DNA of 64,000 nt from Sphingobacteriaceae bacterium (GCA_013824115.1 PNNG01000016.1:7686-71685); one strand, 5' to 3'. Shown: positions 20,599 to 29,990, counted from the first letter of the stretch. Numbers and translations are program-made. The notes: generated by a model not told the origin, from the sequence alone.

Positions 20599-21942
20599 AT
20601 GAATTTCTTTCGGTTCGTTTTCCTCTTCACTTTGCTAGGCTTTGGTGGACAGACGATGGGGCAAGGGCTCCAAAATTTAATCAGCCAGACGCAATGGCAG
20701 TCGATGTTCCCCCAGCGAGCAGGTACCGCAGCGGGACATCCGCAAGGTTACACCAGTGATTTTTTCGCTTATGTAAAACTGCAGCAAGCCATGCAGCAAA
20801 TGGCCGATTTCAGGGCAACCATTGAAACCAAAGCAGGTGTATGGGGCGAGCGCATCACCATTACCCGTTTGGGCAGCGGTCAGCAGTACCTGTATGCCGA
20901 ACCCGACAACAACTGGCTACAAAGCAGTGTGCCCATCACCACCCAGGTAATCAACTTTGCCGATTTTGCCAATACCCCATCTATCAATCAAAACAAACGC
21001 GAACTGGCTGCTTTTTTAGCGAATATTTCTAAAGAAACTACAGGCGGATGGCAGTTTCCTATTGGCGGCGGCAGTTTTGGCGATTATGCTTTATGGGGAT
21101 TGTATTTTGTGCATGAAGTTGGTTATACTGCGTCTAACAGCGCAGGTGCTTACTCGCAAGCACATCCACTTTATCCTCCCAATCCGAGCAAAGGCTACTA
21201 CGGCAGGGGTCCCATCCAGTTATCGTGGAACTACAATTACGGACAGTTCAGTAAATTTTTGTTTAACGATGCCTCTGTTTTGCTCAACGATCCAGACTCA
21301 TTGCAACGTGATGGTGTGATCGCTTTTCAATCGGCACTTTGGTTTTGGATGATGCCGCAATGTCCCAAGCCTTCGTGCCACCAGGTGATGCACGGACGCT
21401 GGGTGCCCCAGGTGGGTGCTTACAGTGCAAGCAAAATGTACCAGCAAGGTTTTGCGCATACCAACAACATCATCAACGGAGGGCTGGAGTGTCGCAGCAC
21501 ATCTACGCCTGCATTCACCCAAAAAGTGGTGCTTCGTTCGGGCTTGTACAAGTATTATTTGGGATTAATGGGCTTCACCCCAGCTGAAATAGCCGCCGAA
21601 GACAGCGCCCATTTCACAACCACTTGCTACGACAGTACTGGCCAATCCATGGAAAACTACCTGCAATGTGATGTATTGCCCACCACCCAAACGGCAGTGG
21701 TCCCCTTAGCGCATAGCGGCTTGAAGGCCCATCCATCTCCTTTTTCCAACCAGCTTATCATAGAAATGCCAGATGCGCAACACATGAATAGCTTGGTGAT
21801 AAGGAATAGCTTGGGCCAAGTGGTTTACCAGGGTGCCCTTCAAAATAGGCTGGAACTACCAACTGCCGATTGGACTTCAGGGATTTACCTCCTTCAACTT
21901 TCAGCCGGTTCGGGCCATGTTTTCAAGATCATTAAATACTAA
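20599..21942 (+). CDS. glycoside hydrolase family 19 (class I-type) chitinase with T9SS C-terminal domain
   Basis: 447 aa with a signal peptide, GH19 signatures ('FLANISKETTGGW', 'YYGRGPIQLSWNYNYG', 'INGGLEC') and a Por_Secre_tail ('AHPSPFSNQLIIEM...GIYLLQLSAG'). Confidence 0.85.
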   Translation: MNFFRFVFLFTLLGFGGQTMGQGLQNLISQTQWQSMFPQRAGTAAGHPQGYTSDFFAYVKLQQAMQQMADFRATIETKAGVWGERITITRLGSGQQYLYAEPDNNWLQSSVPITTQVINFADFANTPSINQNKRELAAFLANISKETTGGWQFPIGGGSFGDYALWGLYFVHEVGYTASNSAGAYSQAHPLYPPNPSKGYYGRGPIQLSWNYNYGQFSKFLFNDASVLLNDPDSLQRDGVIAFQSALWFWMMPQCPKPSCHQVMHGRWVPQVGAYSASKMYQQGFAHTNNIINGGLECRSTSTPAFTQKVVLRSGLYKYYLGLMGFTPAEIAAEDSAHFTTTCYDSTGQSMENYLQCDVLPTTQTAVVPLAHSGLKAHPSPFSNQLIIEMPDAQHMNSLVIRNSLGQVVYQGALQNRLELPTADWTSGIYLLQLSAGSGHVFKIIKY

Positions 21943-21962
21943 GTGAAAAAAACACGGAGTGA

Positions 21963-21990
21963 CCCAACCTTATGCTTTTGAAAAGTGTAT
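21963..21990 (+). promoter_or_regulatory. putative ECF-type promoter CCCAAC-N16-GTGTAT (copy 3)
   Basis: CCCAAC (21963-21968), a 16-nt spacer, GTGTAT (21985-21990). The motif ends 23 nt before the ATG at 22014. It lies 21 nt after the chitinase stop. Confidence 0.5.
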
Positions 21991-22013
21991 ATCCTAACAT
22001 TGTGTCGCATTTC

Positions 22014-24563
22014 ATGTCGTTCAGATGCCTTGAGCACCGCTACCCTGTAGTCTTGCCCCATTTCCTTGCCACTTTCTTTTGTATTGCCTTTCTTATTACA
22101 AGTGGAAACTCCTTAGCGCAGCCCTTAAACGGCAATTACACCATTGGCGGAACAACCCCAAATTTCGCCACCATCAATGCGGCTGTTCAGCAATTAGACA
22201 GTGTAGGCATAAGCGGACCGGTTACCTTTTGGATCCGCAATGGCATTTACCCCGAAGTTTTGTTCATCGATTCGGTGAATGGATCGTCGGCGGTTAACAC
22301 CATCACCTTTCGCTCGGAAAGTGGCGACAGCAGTGCGGTGGTGATCAACGGTACTACCAACAGTGTTATCGACAAAACTCTTTGGCTGAACCGTGTGGCT
22401 TATATGCGCTTTCATCAAATTACTTTCAGACAGCTGCCTTCGGTGCACAATAGAGCCGTAGTTTTTGTGGGCCGGGGGCACAACATCACCCTTTCGAATT
22501 GTGTGATTTGGGGACATTTAAGCTCTACCAGCAGTCGAACCATCACGGCACTGCAAGGGGCGTGTGACTCGAATTACTTGGTAGAAAATTGCGTCATCAG
22601 AGGTGCCTATCAAGGCCTGATTTCGGCAGGAAGCAGCTTTCCCGCGCAACAACGGCCCATTTTTAGAAACAATTATATTTTCGGCATTGCTACCGATTGT
22701 ATTTATGTCGTTGGAGGGGCCTTCGCCAAGATCGCAGGTAATCGAATTGAAGCGGGTGGAGGGTCGTCAACGGCGGCTATTCTGTTGTCGGGACACAGCA
22801 GGGCCCAAATTGTGGGCAACCGCATTTCAGTGCTGAGCGGTGCGCAAAATAGCCATGGCATCCAAATCATTTCTTCAAGTGGTTGGCCCAATGAGCCGCT
22901 TTTGGTGGCCAATAATGAAATCAGCTTTACGGCTGGCGGTTCACCCATAGCCTATGGCATCAGGGCCAGTGGCTCTTACCTTCATTATGCTCACAACTCC
23001 GTACGCATGAGCGGTGGGGTGTATTCGGTGGCCCTACAATTGGAAGTAACCCACAACTGCCGCTTATTTAACAATGTGTTGGTGCATGAAGGAACTGGGA
23101 CAGGCAATCACGCCTTGCATCTTTCCGTCAATTCGCAAGATGCCGTGAGCAATTATAATAACCTGTATACGGCAGGCCCCAACTTAACCCCTATCCACAC
23201 CACTTTGGCCGCCTACCAAACTGCCACTGGCCGAGATTCAATGTCGGTTTCGGTGCCACCGCAATTCGTCAGCACAAGCATACTTATTCCCAACGCACCT
23301 GCCTTGATGAACAGTGGCTTGCTTTTGCCCGAAGTGCCCTTTGATATCAATGGTGTGCCACGCAATAACCCACCCGATATGGGGGCTTATGAACAGCTCA
23401 CGGCTCCGGTTGTGGCGCTAGGCCCCGATACAACAGCCTGCGATTCGTTGGTCTTGAGTGTTCCTACGCAACCAGGCACGCAATGGCTGTGGAGTACGGG
23501 CGATACCCAGCGTGGTATCGTCGTCCGCAATTCTGGAACTTATTGGCTGCAAGGCACCAACAGCATAGGCGTTTCGCGCGATACGGTGGTGGTAAGCATT
23601 CTGCCTCGACCCATTTTGCAGTTGGGCTTTACGGCCGATACCCTCTGCTCCGGCACTTGTGTGACCTTACAAGCCAATGTGAGCGGTGGATCAGGTAATT
23701 TTAGCTATTCGTGGCAACCAGCCAATGGCCTGAGCAATCCACTTATTGCTAATCCGGTGGCATGTCCTGCTAGTTCAACGACCTATCGCTTGTGGCTGAA
23801 TGATGCCAACGGTTGTGCAGTCTTGAGCGATTCCATCCTCATAAACGTAACGCCCGATGCCCAGCTAACGGCCGGACCAGCCGATACGGCCTGTGCTGGC
23901 GATACCATTTTCATTGAAGCCAATACCGCTTGGACTGGGGCTCAAATCAGGTGGGAACCAGCCTTGTGGATCGAAAATCCAAACGCAGCCCGCACCCGAG
24001 CCTGGCCGCCCGTTGGTACCCGCACTTTTGTGGTGCTGGCCACCCACCCCGATGGTTGCAGCGACACGGCTCAAAAAACAGTGACCATTGATCCGGTGCC
24101 ATTAACACCACAGATCAGCTGGCAAAACGGCCTTTTACAGAGCTCAGCTTCTGCGGGCAATCAGTGGTTGTTCAATGATTCGGCGATAGCCGGAGCAAAC
24201 AGCCAAAGCTATCAGCCCACTGTGAATGGCAATTATCAGGTACGAGTAACCAATGCGCAAACTTGCAGCAGTATTTCTGCTGTTTTCGTGCTACAACAAG
24301 TGGGCGTTCGTCCATTGGAGCCGCTCCATCTGAGCGTTTGGCCAAATCCGGCCAGCGATGTATTGCATTTGAAAGCAGACATGATAGGTGAATGGATCAT
24401 CACAGACGCCGCGGGTAGGCAATTGCGCAAAGCCATTGCAGATCAATCATCCCATTCAACAACTGTAGACATCAGCCATCTAGCCGCTGGCATGTACCTG
24501 CTGCATTTTAAGGCCAGCAATGGACAAAGCCGCAGCATTCCATGGATCAAAGCCGCTTACTGA
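22014..24563 (+). CDS. T9SS C-terminal-target-domain protein with right-handed beta-helix repeats
   Basis: About 849 aa. The signal peptide begins at M15 of the tracked ORF ('MSFRCLEHRYPVVLPHFLATFFCIAFLITSGNSLAQ'). It has pectate-lyase-like repeats ('NCVIWG','NCVIRG','GNRIEAG','GNRISV','NNEISF'), Ig-like Cys-containing modules and a Por_Secre_tail ('VWPNPASDVLHLKAD...GMYLLHFKAS'). I moved the start because the tracked ATG at 21972 lies inside the promoter motif. Confidence 0.8.
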   Translation: MSFRCLEHRYPVVLPHFLATFFCIAFLITSGNSLAQPLNGNYTIGGTTPNFATINAAVQQLDSVGISGPVTFWIRNGIYPEVLFIDSVNGSSAVNTITFRSESGDSSAVVINGTTNSVIDKTLWLNRVAYMRFHQITFRQLPSVHNRAVVFVGRGHNITLSNCVIWGHLSSTSSRTITALQGACDSNYLVENCVIRGAYQGLISAGSSFPAQQRPIFRNNYIFGIATDCIYVVGGAFAKIAGNRIEAGGGSSTAAILLSGHSRAQIVGNRISVLSGAQNSHGIQIISSSGWPNEPLLVANNEISFTAGGSPIAYGIRASGSYLHYAHNSVRMSGGVYSVALQLEVTHNCRLFNNVLVHEGTGTGNHALHLSVNSQDAVSNYNNLYTAGPNLTPIHTTLAAYQTATGRDSMSVSVPPQFVSTSILIPNAPALMNSGLLLPEVPFDINGVPRNNPPDMGAYEQLTAPVVALGPDTTACDSLVLSVPTQPGTQWLWSTGDTQRGIVVRNSGTYWLQGTNSIGVSRDTVVVSILPRPILQLGFTADTLCSGTCVTLQANVSGGSGNFSYSWQPANGLSNPLIANPVACPASSTTYRLWLNDANGCAVLSDSILINVTPDAQLTAGPADTACAGDTIFIEANTAWTGAQIRWEPALWIENPNAARTRAWPPVGTRTFVVLATHPDGCSDTAQKTVTIDPVPLTPQISWQNGLLQSSASAGNQWLFNDSAIAGANSQSYQPTVNGNYQVRVTNAQTCSSISAVFVLQQVGVRPLEPLHLSVWPNPASDVLHLKADMIGEWIITDAAGRQLRKAIADQSSHSTTVDISHLAAGMYLLHFKASNGQSRSIPWIKAAY

Positions 24564-24564
24564 T

Positions 24565-25050
24565 TCAGGGCAAGCGGGCCAGCATTTTTTCGAGCACCAG
24601 GTAGGTAATCGGACAAAAAGTGCTGTTTTTCAGGGTGATGCTGGGGCGCTTGAGTAGCACGTCTTCATCGGTATAAGGGAATCGCTGGCAATCAGACGGC
24701 CGCATTTCATAAATGCTGCAAGCGTTGTCGCTACCCAAGAAAGGACAAGGGGAACTTTTCACCACATAATCACCGTCTTCGTCGAGCCTTAGGTAGGTAT
24801 CTATGAAAATCCCTTCGCGCATGCCCAAGCCTTTGCTGATGCGCTTGATATCGGGGGTTTTGAAGCGTGGCGAATAGTTTTTGCAGCAGGCGGCGCAACT
24901 CAAACAGTCGATTTGGGCCACCGCTTCCTTGTGCGCATCGGGCTGCGCTTTGAGGAAGGCTCTTTTATCGGTCCTCTGAAGTAACCTTTTGTAGTGCTTC
25001 TGCTGATCGAGGGCGCGTTTCTGCCAATGGCCGGGGAGGGGAGCTGTCAT
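24565..25050 (-). CDS. YkgJ-family cysteine-cluster (CxxCxxCC) protein
   Basis: 161 aa with 'CLSCAACCKNYSP' and a second Cys group ('PCPFL...NACSIY'), as in the UPF0153/YkgJ zinc- or iron-chelating domain. Confidence 0.75.
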   Translation of the reverse strand: MTAPLPGHWQKRALDQQKHYKRLLQRTDKRAFLKAQPDAHKEAVAQIDCLSCAACCKNYSPRFKTPDIKRISKGLGMREGIFIDTYLRLDEDGDYVVKSSPCPFLGSDNACSIYEMRPSDCQRFPYTDEDVLLKRPSITLKNSTFCPITYLVLEKMLARLP

Positions 25051-25217
25051 GATTGGGAGGTGAATTTAAGGCAAGCATGGCGTGTAGGCAAAAAAATCAT
25101 TCAAATGCATTCTCCCTTGCTACTGAGTCGCGCCCTCCGATTGTTCCTATTGACTTCAGCGAATTTAGCTTTTCTTAAACCCTTGCCGCGGGGCATTTCC
25201 GTACTTTTGTGGTCGTT

Positions 25218-25856
25218 ATGGCTTTGTTCTTCGCTACTTTCAGTGCTTTGTTTTCGGTGGTTAATCCCCTTGGAGCAATGCCGGTTTATTTGGCGCTCAC
25301 GGCCAACGACAGTCCGGGCTGGCGCGAAGTACAAATCCGCAAGGCCGCCATCTACCTCGCCTGCATCCTCATCGCTTTTTTTCTCATTGGGAGCTATATT
25401 CTCGAGTTTTTTGGCATCAGCATAGAGGGATTGCGCATTGCGGGCGGCATTATCATCACCAAGTCGGGCCTTGATTTATTGCGCTCTAAATCGGAATATT
25501 CAAAAGGACGTGCCATCAACAAAAAGGTGAAGCAGGAGGCCTTGCTGAAGAACGATATCAGTTTTTCGCCCTTGGCCATGCCCATGTTGGCCGGACCAGG
25601 AAGTATTTCATTGCTCATCAGCTTGGCCTTAGAGCTGCGGCTCATTTGGGATTATTTGTTGGTGGTGGCTGCCGTACTTACCATGGCTTTTATCACCTAT
25701 TTGATTTTGCGTGTATCGCCCCGTTTGGTAGGTTTCTTGGGCGAATCGGGCATCAGTGCCCTCTCACGCATGATGGGCTTTATTGTATTGGCCATTGGCA
25801 TTCAGTTCATTGCCAACGGTGCTTTGCCCATGTTGAAGCAGGTAATGCAGCCTTAG
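25218..25856 (+). CDS. MarC family (UPF0056) integral membrane protein
   Basis: Six-TM ORF with 'FSALFSVVNPLGAMPVYLALT'. I prefer the ATG at 25218 to the GTG at 25209. Confidence 0.8.
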   Translation: MALFFATFSALFSVVNPLGAMPVYLALTANDSPGWREVQIRKAAIYLACILIAFFLIGSYILEFFGISIEGLRIAGGIIITKSGLDLLRSKSEYSKGRAINKKVKQEALLKNDISFSPLAMPMLAGPGSISLLISLALELRLIWDYLLVVAAVLTMAFITYLILRVSPRLVGFLGESGISALSRMMGFIVLAIGIQFIANGALPMLKQVMQP

Positions 25857-26482
25857 GGCATGAAAAATGCCTTGGGGTAACTGATTTTCCACATGCCCCT
25901 CAGCTCCCCCAGTTTGAAATTTTGAGCCTGGTCGTTTGGGTAGCGGCTTTGAATGCTGGCCAGGGTGGCTGCGTCGATTTCGCCCTCAGCAGCATTTCCA
26001 TGGCACTTTAAACAAGCTGGCTGGTTGAGCACAATGGCACCATACCAAACCATGTGGGATTCGCGCTCTTGCCATTGCGCTTTGGCTGGTTGACCGGCTG
26101 TAAGTGCTTTCTCCCAGCTTGCCAGCATGGACTTTTCTTCGGTATTGGCGGCATTGGCCACATTTCGGTACCTATTGGCCAAACGCTGCACCTTGATGCC
26201 ATGCTGCTGAGCTACTGAATCGGTAATGGAAAGTGCTTTTTCGTTGCAAAATGTTACTGCCGCGGCTGTTCCTTTGGCTTTGATTTGTGCCATGAGGGTA
26301 CTGCTCAAGGCTTGAAACACCTGCATGCTCAGGTATCGCGAGGTGTCCTGCAGCTGCCTGACGAAGGTAGTGCTGTCGACCTTGTCAAAAAATGGTACTT
26401 CCGTGGAGGAACTGCCTTTTTTCTCGCTTTGCTGGCATGCCACCGCAGCCATCAAAAAGCCCGCCACCAACCACCTTACCAC
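25853..26482 (-). CDS. DUF3365-like c-type heme protein
   Basis: 209 aa with a lipoprotein-type signal ('LMAAVAC') and a single CxxCH heme-binding motif ('CLKCHG'). The GTG start overlaps the hydratase stop by 7 nt. Confidence 0.6.
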   Translation of the reverse strand: MVRWLVAGFLMAAVACQQSEKKGSSSTEVPFFDKVDSTTFVRQLQDTSRYLSMQVFQALSSTLMAQIKAKGTAAAVTFCNEKALSITDSVAQQHGIKVQRLANRYRNVANAANTEEKSMLASWEKALTAGQPAKAQWQERESHMVWYGAIVLNQPACLKCHGNAAEGEIDAATLASIQSRYPNDQAQNFKLGELRGMWKISYPKAFFMP

Positions 26483-27255
26483 CTGATTTTCTCCTTGTTT
26501 AGAAAAGCACCAATGCCTTGCTGGCAGTCATCGGTGGCCCGTGCTTGTGCATTGCGGTCGGCAGCCAAAGCCAGTGCCGCCTGGTAAGGCAGGTCTTGCA
26601 CATCGGCCAAGAGTTGTTTGGTCATGGCAAGGGCGCTTCCCGAGCAGTTTTTGGCCATATTGACGGCAAATTGCTGCACCCTTTCCCCTATTTCATCGGC
26701 ACCCACCACAAAGTTGATGAGGCCTTGGTTCAAGGCTTCGGCTGCTGTTAAAAGGTCGCCCGACAAAAGCAACTCACGGGCTTTTCCTTCGCCTATTTTC
26801 CGCGTTAGAAACACCGATACGATGGCAGGAATGAAGCCAATGCGCACCTCTGTATAGCCGAAATTGGCAGCGGGGACGGCAAAACAAAAGTCGGTAACCG
26901 TGGCCAAACCGCAGCCACCTGCTATAGCATGGCCTTCTACCTGACTAATCACCACCTTGGGGCCCGTATAAATCATTTCATACAGCTCCATGAGGTGACG
27001 CGAGTCGGCCCGGTTTTCTTCGTAAGTGTTTTTTTGCAATTGCTGCAGGTAACCCAAATCGGCACCGGCGCTAAAAACCTCGCCTTTGGCCCGTAGCACA
27101 ATGATTTTACAATCGGGTGCCTCAAAAAAATGCCCAAAGGCGGCCTTGAGTTCGGTAACTAGTTCGGCATTGAAGGCATTGCGCTTTTCGGGGCGGTTAA
27201 GGACGATGTGCCCAATGCGTTCGTGGAGCTGTATTTGGAGGTACTGGTATTCCAT
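26476..27255 (-). CDS. enoyl-CoA hydratase/isomerase family protein
   Basis: 259-aa crotonase fold ('IVLNRPEKRNAFN', 'FSAGADL', 'GHAIAGGCGLA'). Confidence 0.9.
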   Translation of the reverse strand: MEYQYLQIQLHERIGHIVLNRPEKRNAFNAELVTELKAAFGHFFEAPDCKIIVLRAKGEVFSAGADLGYLQQLQKNTYEENRADSRHLMELYEMIYTGPKVVISQVEGHAIAGGCGLATVTDFCFAVPAANFGYTEVRIGFIPAIVSVFLTRKIGEGKARELLLSGDLLTAAEALNQGLINFVVGADEIGERVQQFAVNMAKNCSGSALAMTKQLLADVQDLPYQAALALAADRNAQARATDDCQQGIGAFLNKEKIRW

Positions 27256-29300
27256 AATGAAAGCTGAATGGCTCCTTCTTCACTAACCATCTTGATGGGT
27301 AGCTGGTGCTGAGCAGCCAATTGTTTGAGTTTCCTACAATAATAAGGCGAATTAGACGAATCGAGAAGCAGCCCTTTGAATTTGCCGAGTTGTGGAGCTA
27401 AATCACGCCAGGAGGGTTGGTTAGAAAGCAAAAGCCAATCGGCCGCGGGTAAATTTTCGTTTACCGAATGCTTGCCGCGCAGGTGTAGCAAACGGCCACC
27501 CGACCATCGCCAGAGTTTGCTCGCTGAGTCGGGTAAATGGATGGATTTACGGATGCCCAATTGGGTGAAATGAGGATGATGAGGCGCAAATGCCGTTTCG
27601 GCGGTGCTACCCCAATACCAGGCGGTTTGGCCAGTAATGATGGCGCCACTGGCTTTTCGGTTTTCGTCGTAAAGCACCAACAGGGCCTGTTGCCTATCGT
27701 TTTGCTGCTGCCACAAACTTTTGCCGAGCAGCACTGCAGCCAACAGCAAACTGACCCGTCGCCAATGGGCCGATGCATCAGTTTTCCACCAGCTCAAGCA
27801 CAGCAGCAGTGCAAAAATCAGTAGTCCCGAAGCTAAATCAAGCCGAATGCCGGTGCTTACTGCCCCGGGCAATTGTTCAAAAAATTGAACCAATTGATTG
27901 AGCCAACCTATGGAAGTGCTCAGCAACCAGCCAAAAGGCGCTGCCAGCATGGGGAAGGGTGAAATCACTATCAACAACAAACAGGCGCCCAATACCGGAG
28001 CCATGGCCGGCAGTACGATGAGGTTGGTCATTAGAAAATAATTGGGAAACTGTCCGAAATAGTACAATGTGAGGGGCAAAGTGAATAGCTGCGCCGACAG
28101 GGTCACACAACTTAATTCCCAAATTTTGTACAGCCAGGGAAGAGGGATATAAACCGACCGCAACAAAATGGGTTGGAGGTATACAATGCCTGCTACTGCC
28201 GCAAACGACAATTGAAAACCAGTGTCGAGCAGCCAGTTGGGCTGGTACCAAAGCAGCAGGAGGGCCGCTGCCGAAAGGGTGTTGTACACGCCCGACTGCC
28301 GGTGAAAATGTTTGCCCAAGGCCAACATGCTACACATCAGGCTTGCCCTTGTAACTGAAGCTGATAGGCCGGTGATGGCGGCATAGGCCCACAAACAAAC
28401 AAGCAAACACCCAAGAAGTACTGCTGGCTTGCGGCGGATGATTTTTCCTAGAATCGTTTGCAGCAGCACGTAGATGATGCCCACGTGTAGACCCGAAACT
28501 GCCAGCACATGTATCAAACCACTGCTGCTATAGGCCTTCACCAGTTCGCCGGGCAAAGATGAGCGGTCGCCAAGCAACAGGGCGGTGGCAAAGGCGCTGC
28601 TGGCCGCATCGGGCATGTAATGCTTGAGCCTGTTGCCTGCCTCATGTTGGAGCATTGCGGGATGGTACCAGGCAAAGCTTCCTTGTGCGGGTTGGATCAA
28701 GGAAGTGTTGCCCACATACAATTGGTAATGGATGTTTTTGCGTGACAGGTATTGCCGGTACGAAAAGCCAGCCGGATTTCGATTTTCGGGCGGATACTGC
28801 AGGTTTTGGGCCCATACCCAGCAGCGACTGCCCACCGAAAGGCCGGTTGGATTTTTGGGAAGGTAGAGGAGTAATCCTGCTTGTGCAGGCGCACTACCAG
28901 CGACATCGGCTACTGCCTGAATGCGGGCAAATACACGCTGACTTTTGGTGCGCTCGCTGGGTGCGTGCTCGAGTTGCACCAGCAGCCAGCGCTTTTGTAG
29001 TTGTTCTAAGGGCGTAGCCTGGTTTTGTGATGCGTATTGTTCGGCCCGCCACCAACCCAAAAAAAGCATGAGCATGGCAATACAAAATCCAGGTATCCAC
29101 CAAGCACGGTACTGCCAACGCCAAGGGATGCGCTCCCAAAGCAAAATGGGAAGAAGCAAAAGTACCAGGGTGGGGGATATTGATAAGTCGTTCCAACCCA
29201 ACTTTTGCTGGTACGTATGCAGGGCTACCCCCAAGGCCATAAAAAGCAACAGCCTGAACAAGGGTACTTGGCGCCAATCGAAAGCCGGACGCAATTTCAT
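27159..29300 (-). CDS. comEC: ComEC/Rec2 family competence (DNA internalisation) membrane protein
   Basis: 713-aa polytopic protein with 'LLLGDRSSLPGELVKAYSSSGLIHVLAVSGLHVGII', typical of the ComEC competence domain. Its 3' end overlaps the hydratase gene by 97 nt. Confidence 0.85.
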   Translation of the reverse strand: MKLRPAFDWRQVPLFRLLLFMALGVALHTYQQKLGWNDLSISPTLVLLLLPILLWERIPWRWQYRAWWIPGFCIAMLMLFLGWWRAEQYASQNQATPLEQLQKRWLLVQLEHAPSERTKSQRVFARIQAVADVAGSAPAQAGLLLYLPKNPTGLSVGSRCWVWAQNLQYPPENRNPAGFSYRQYLSRKNIHYQLYVGNTSLIQPAQGSFAWYHPAMLQHEAGNRLKHYMPDAASSAFATALLLGDRSSLPGELVKAYSSSGLIHVLAVSGLHVGIIYVLLQTILGKIIRRKPAVLLGCLLVCLWAYAAITGLSASVTRASLMCSMLALGKHFHRQSGVYNTLSAAALLLLWYQPNWLLDTGFQLSFAAVAGIVYLQPILLRSVYIPLPWLYKIWELSCVTLSAQLFTLPLTLYYFGQFPNYFLMTNLIVLPAMAPVLGACLLLIVISPFPMLAAPFGWLLSTSIGWLNQLVQFFEQLPGAVSTGIRLDLASGLLIFALLLCLSWWKTDASAHWRRVSLLLAAVLLGKSLWQQQNDRQQALLVLYDENRKASGAIITGQTAWYWGSTAETAFAPHHPHFTQLGIRKSIHLPDSASKLWRWSGGRLLHLRGKHSVNENLPAADWLLLSNQPSWRDLAPQLGKFKGLLLDSSNSPYYCRKLKQLAAQHQLPIKMVSEEGAIQLSLWNTSTSKYSSTNALGTSSLTAPKSAMPSMPN

Positions 29301-29498
29301 GCTTGAAATTAGTGAGTCAGGCTGCAGAATGAACGCTTGTATAAGGTTCTGTATATATACAAAAGGTTATACAAAGGCCTCTCGGTAAATGTTTTTTGGC
29401 TGATGAAGCAGTTAAGCGGCTGAGCAGTTAGAAATACTTCCCGAAGTAAGATTTTGAAGCAAATAGGCATTTAGCATGCAAGCCTTTATCTTCGCTAC

Positions 29499-29915
29499 AT
29501 GCCTAGCCTCAGTCTGCACCGATTTCGCATGCGTCGCCATTTGGCTGCCCGCATTGATAGGGCCTTGCAGCTGCTTCCCTTGAGCATCCGTCAAAAGGCT
29601 ACACTCGTTAAGTTGATCCACGAAGGCGGTTTTTGGGTGTCGTTTGCGCTTTATTGGCTGTGGCCTGCCGCTCGTCCTGCCATTTTGGTTTTGTACCTGC
29701 TGGTGTGGGCCAGTCAGCTTTGGTTGGGCGGCTGCCTGCTCACCATCCTCGAGCGCCATTACAGCCAGCAGCGCACCACCATCATGGATCCTTGGTTGCG
29801 CTGGATGGGGCTGCCCCAAACGCATCCTTGGCGGATTAGACTGACCCTTTTTGCCAGCAGTGGTTCGTTGTTGCTGATGTTGCTTGAAAGGGCGGGGTAT
29901 TTGAGTTGGTATTAA
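29499..29915 (+). CDS. hypothetical small membrane protein (possibly DUF2784-like)
   Basis: 138 aa with 2-3 TM helices. 'GGCLLTILERH' resembles the CPLT-type motif of DUF2784. Support is weak. Confidence 0.4.
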   Translation: MPSLSLHRFRMRRHLAARIDRALQLLPLSIRQKATLVKLIHEGGFWVSFALYWLWPAARPAILVLYLLVWASQLWLGGCLLTILERHYSQQRTTIMDPWLRWMGLPQTHPWRIRLTLFASSGSLLLMLLERAGYLSWY

Positions 29916-29990
29916 TCAAGGGACGAAAAAACTGCAGCGGATTGATTATCACTTAAGCTCAATGGCTTATCTTGTGTGCGGGATTCCTGA

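Noticed and set aside
21972-22013. The ORF-track start (ATG 21972) for the 863-aa T9SS protein.
   Set aside because: That ATG lies inside the spacer of the CCCAAC-N16-GTGTAT motif, and the added 14 residues precede the signal peptide. ATG 22014 is 23 nt from the motif, close to the 24 nt seen at both paralogs.
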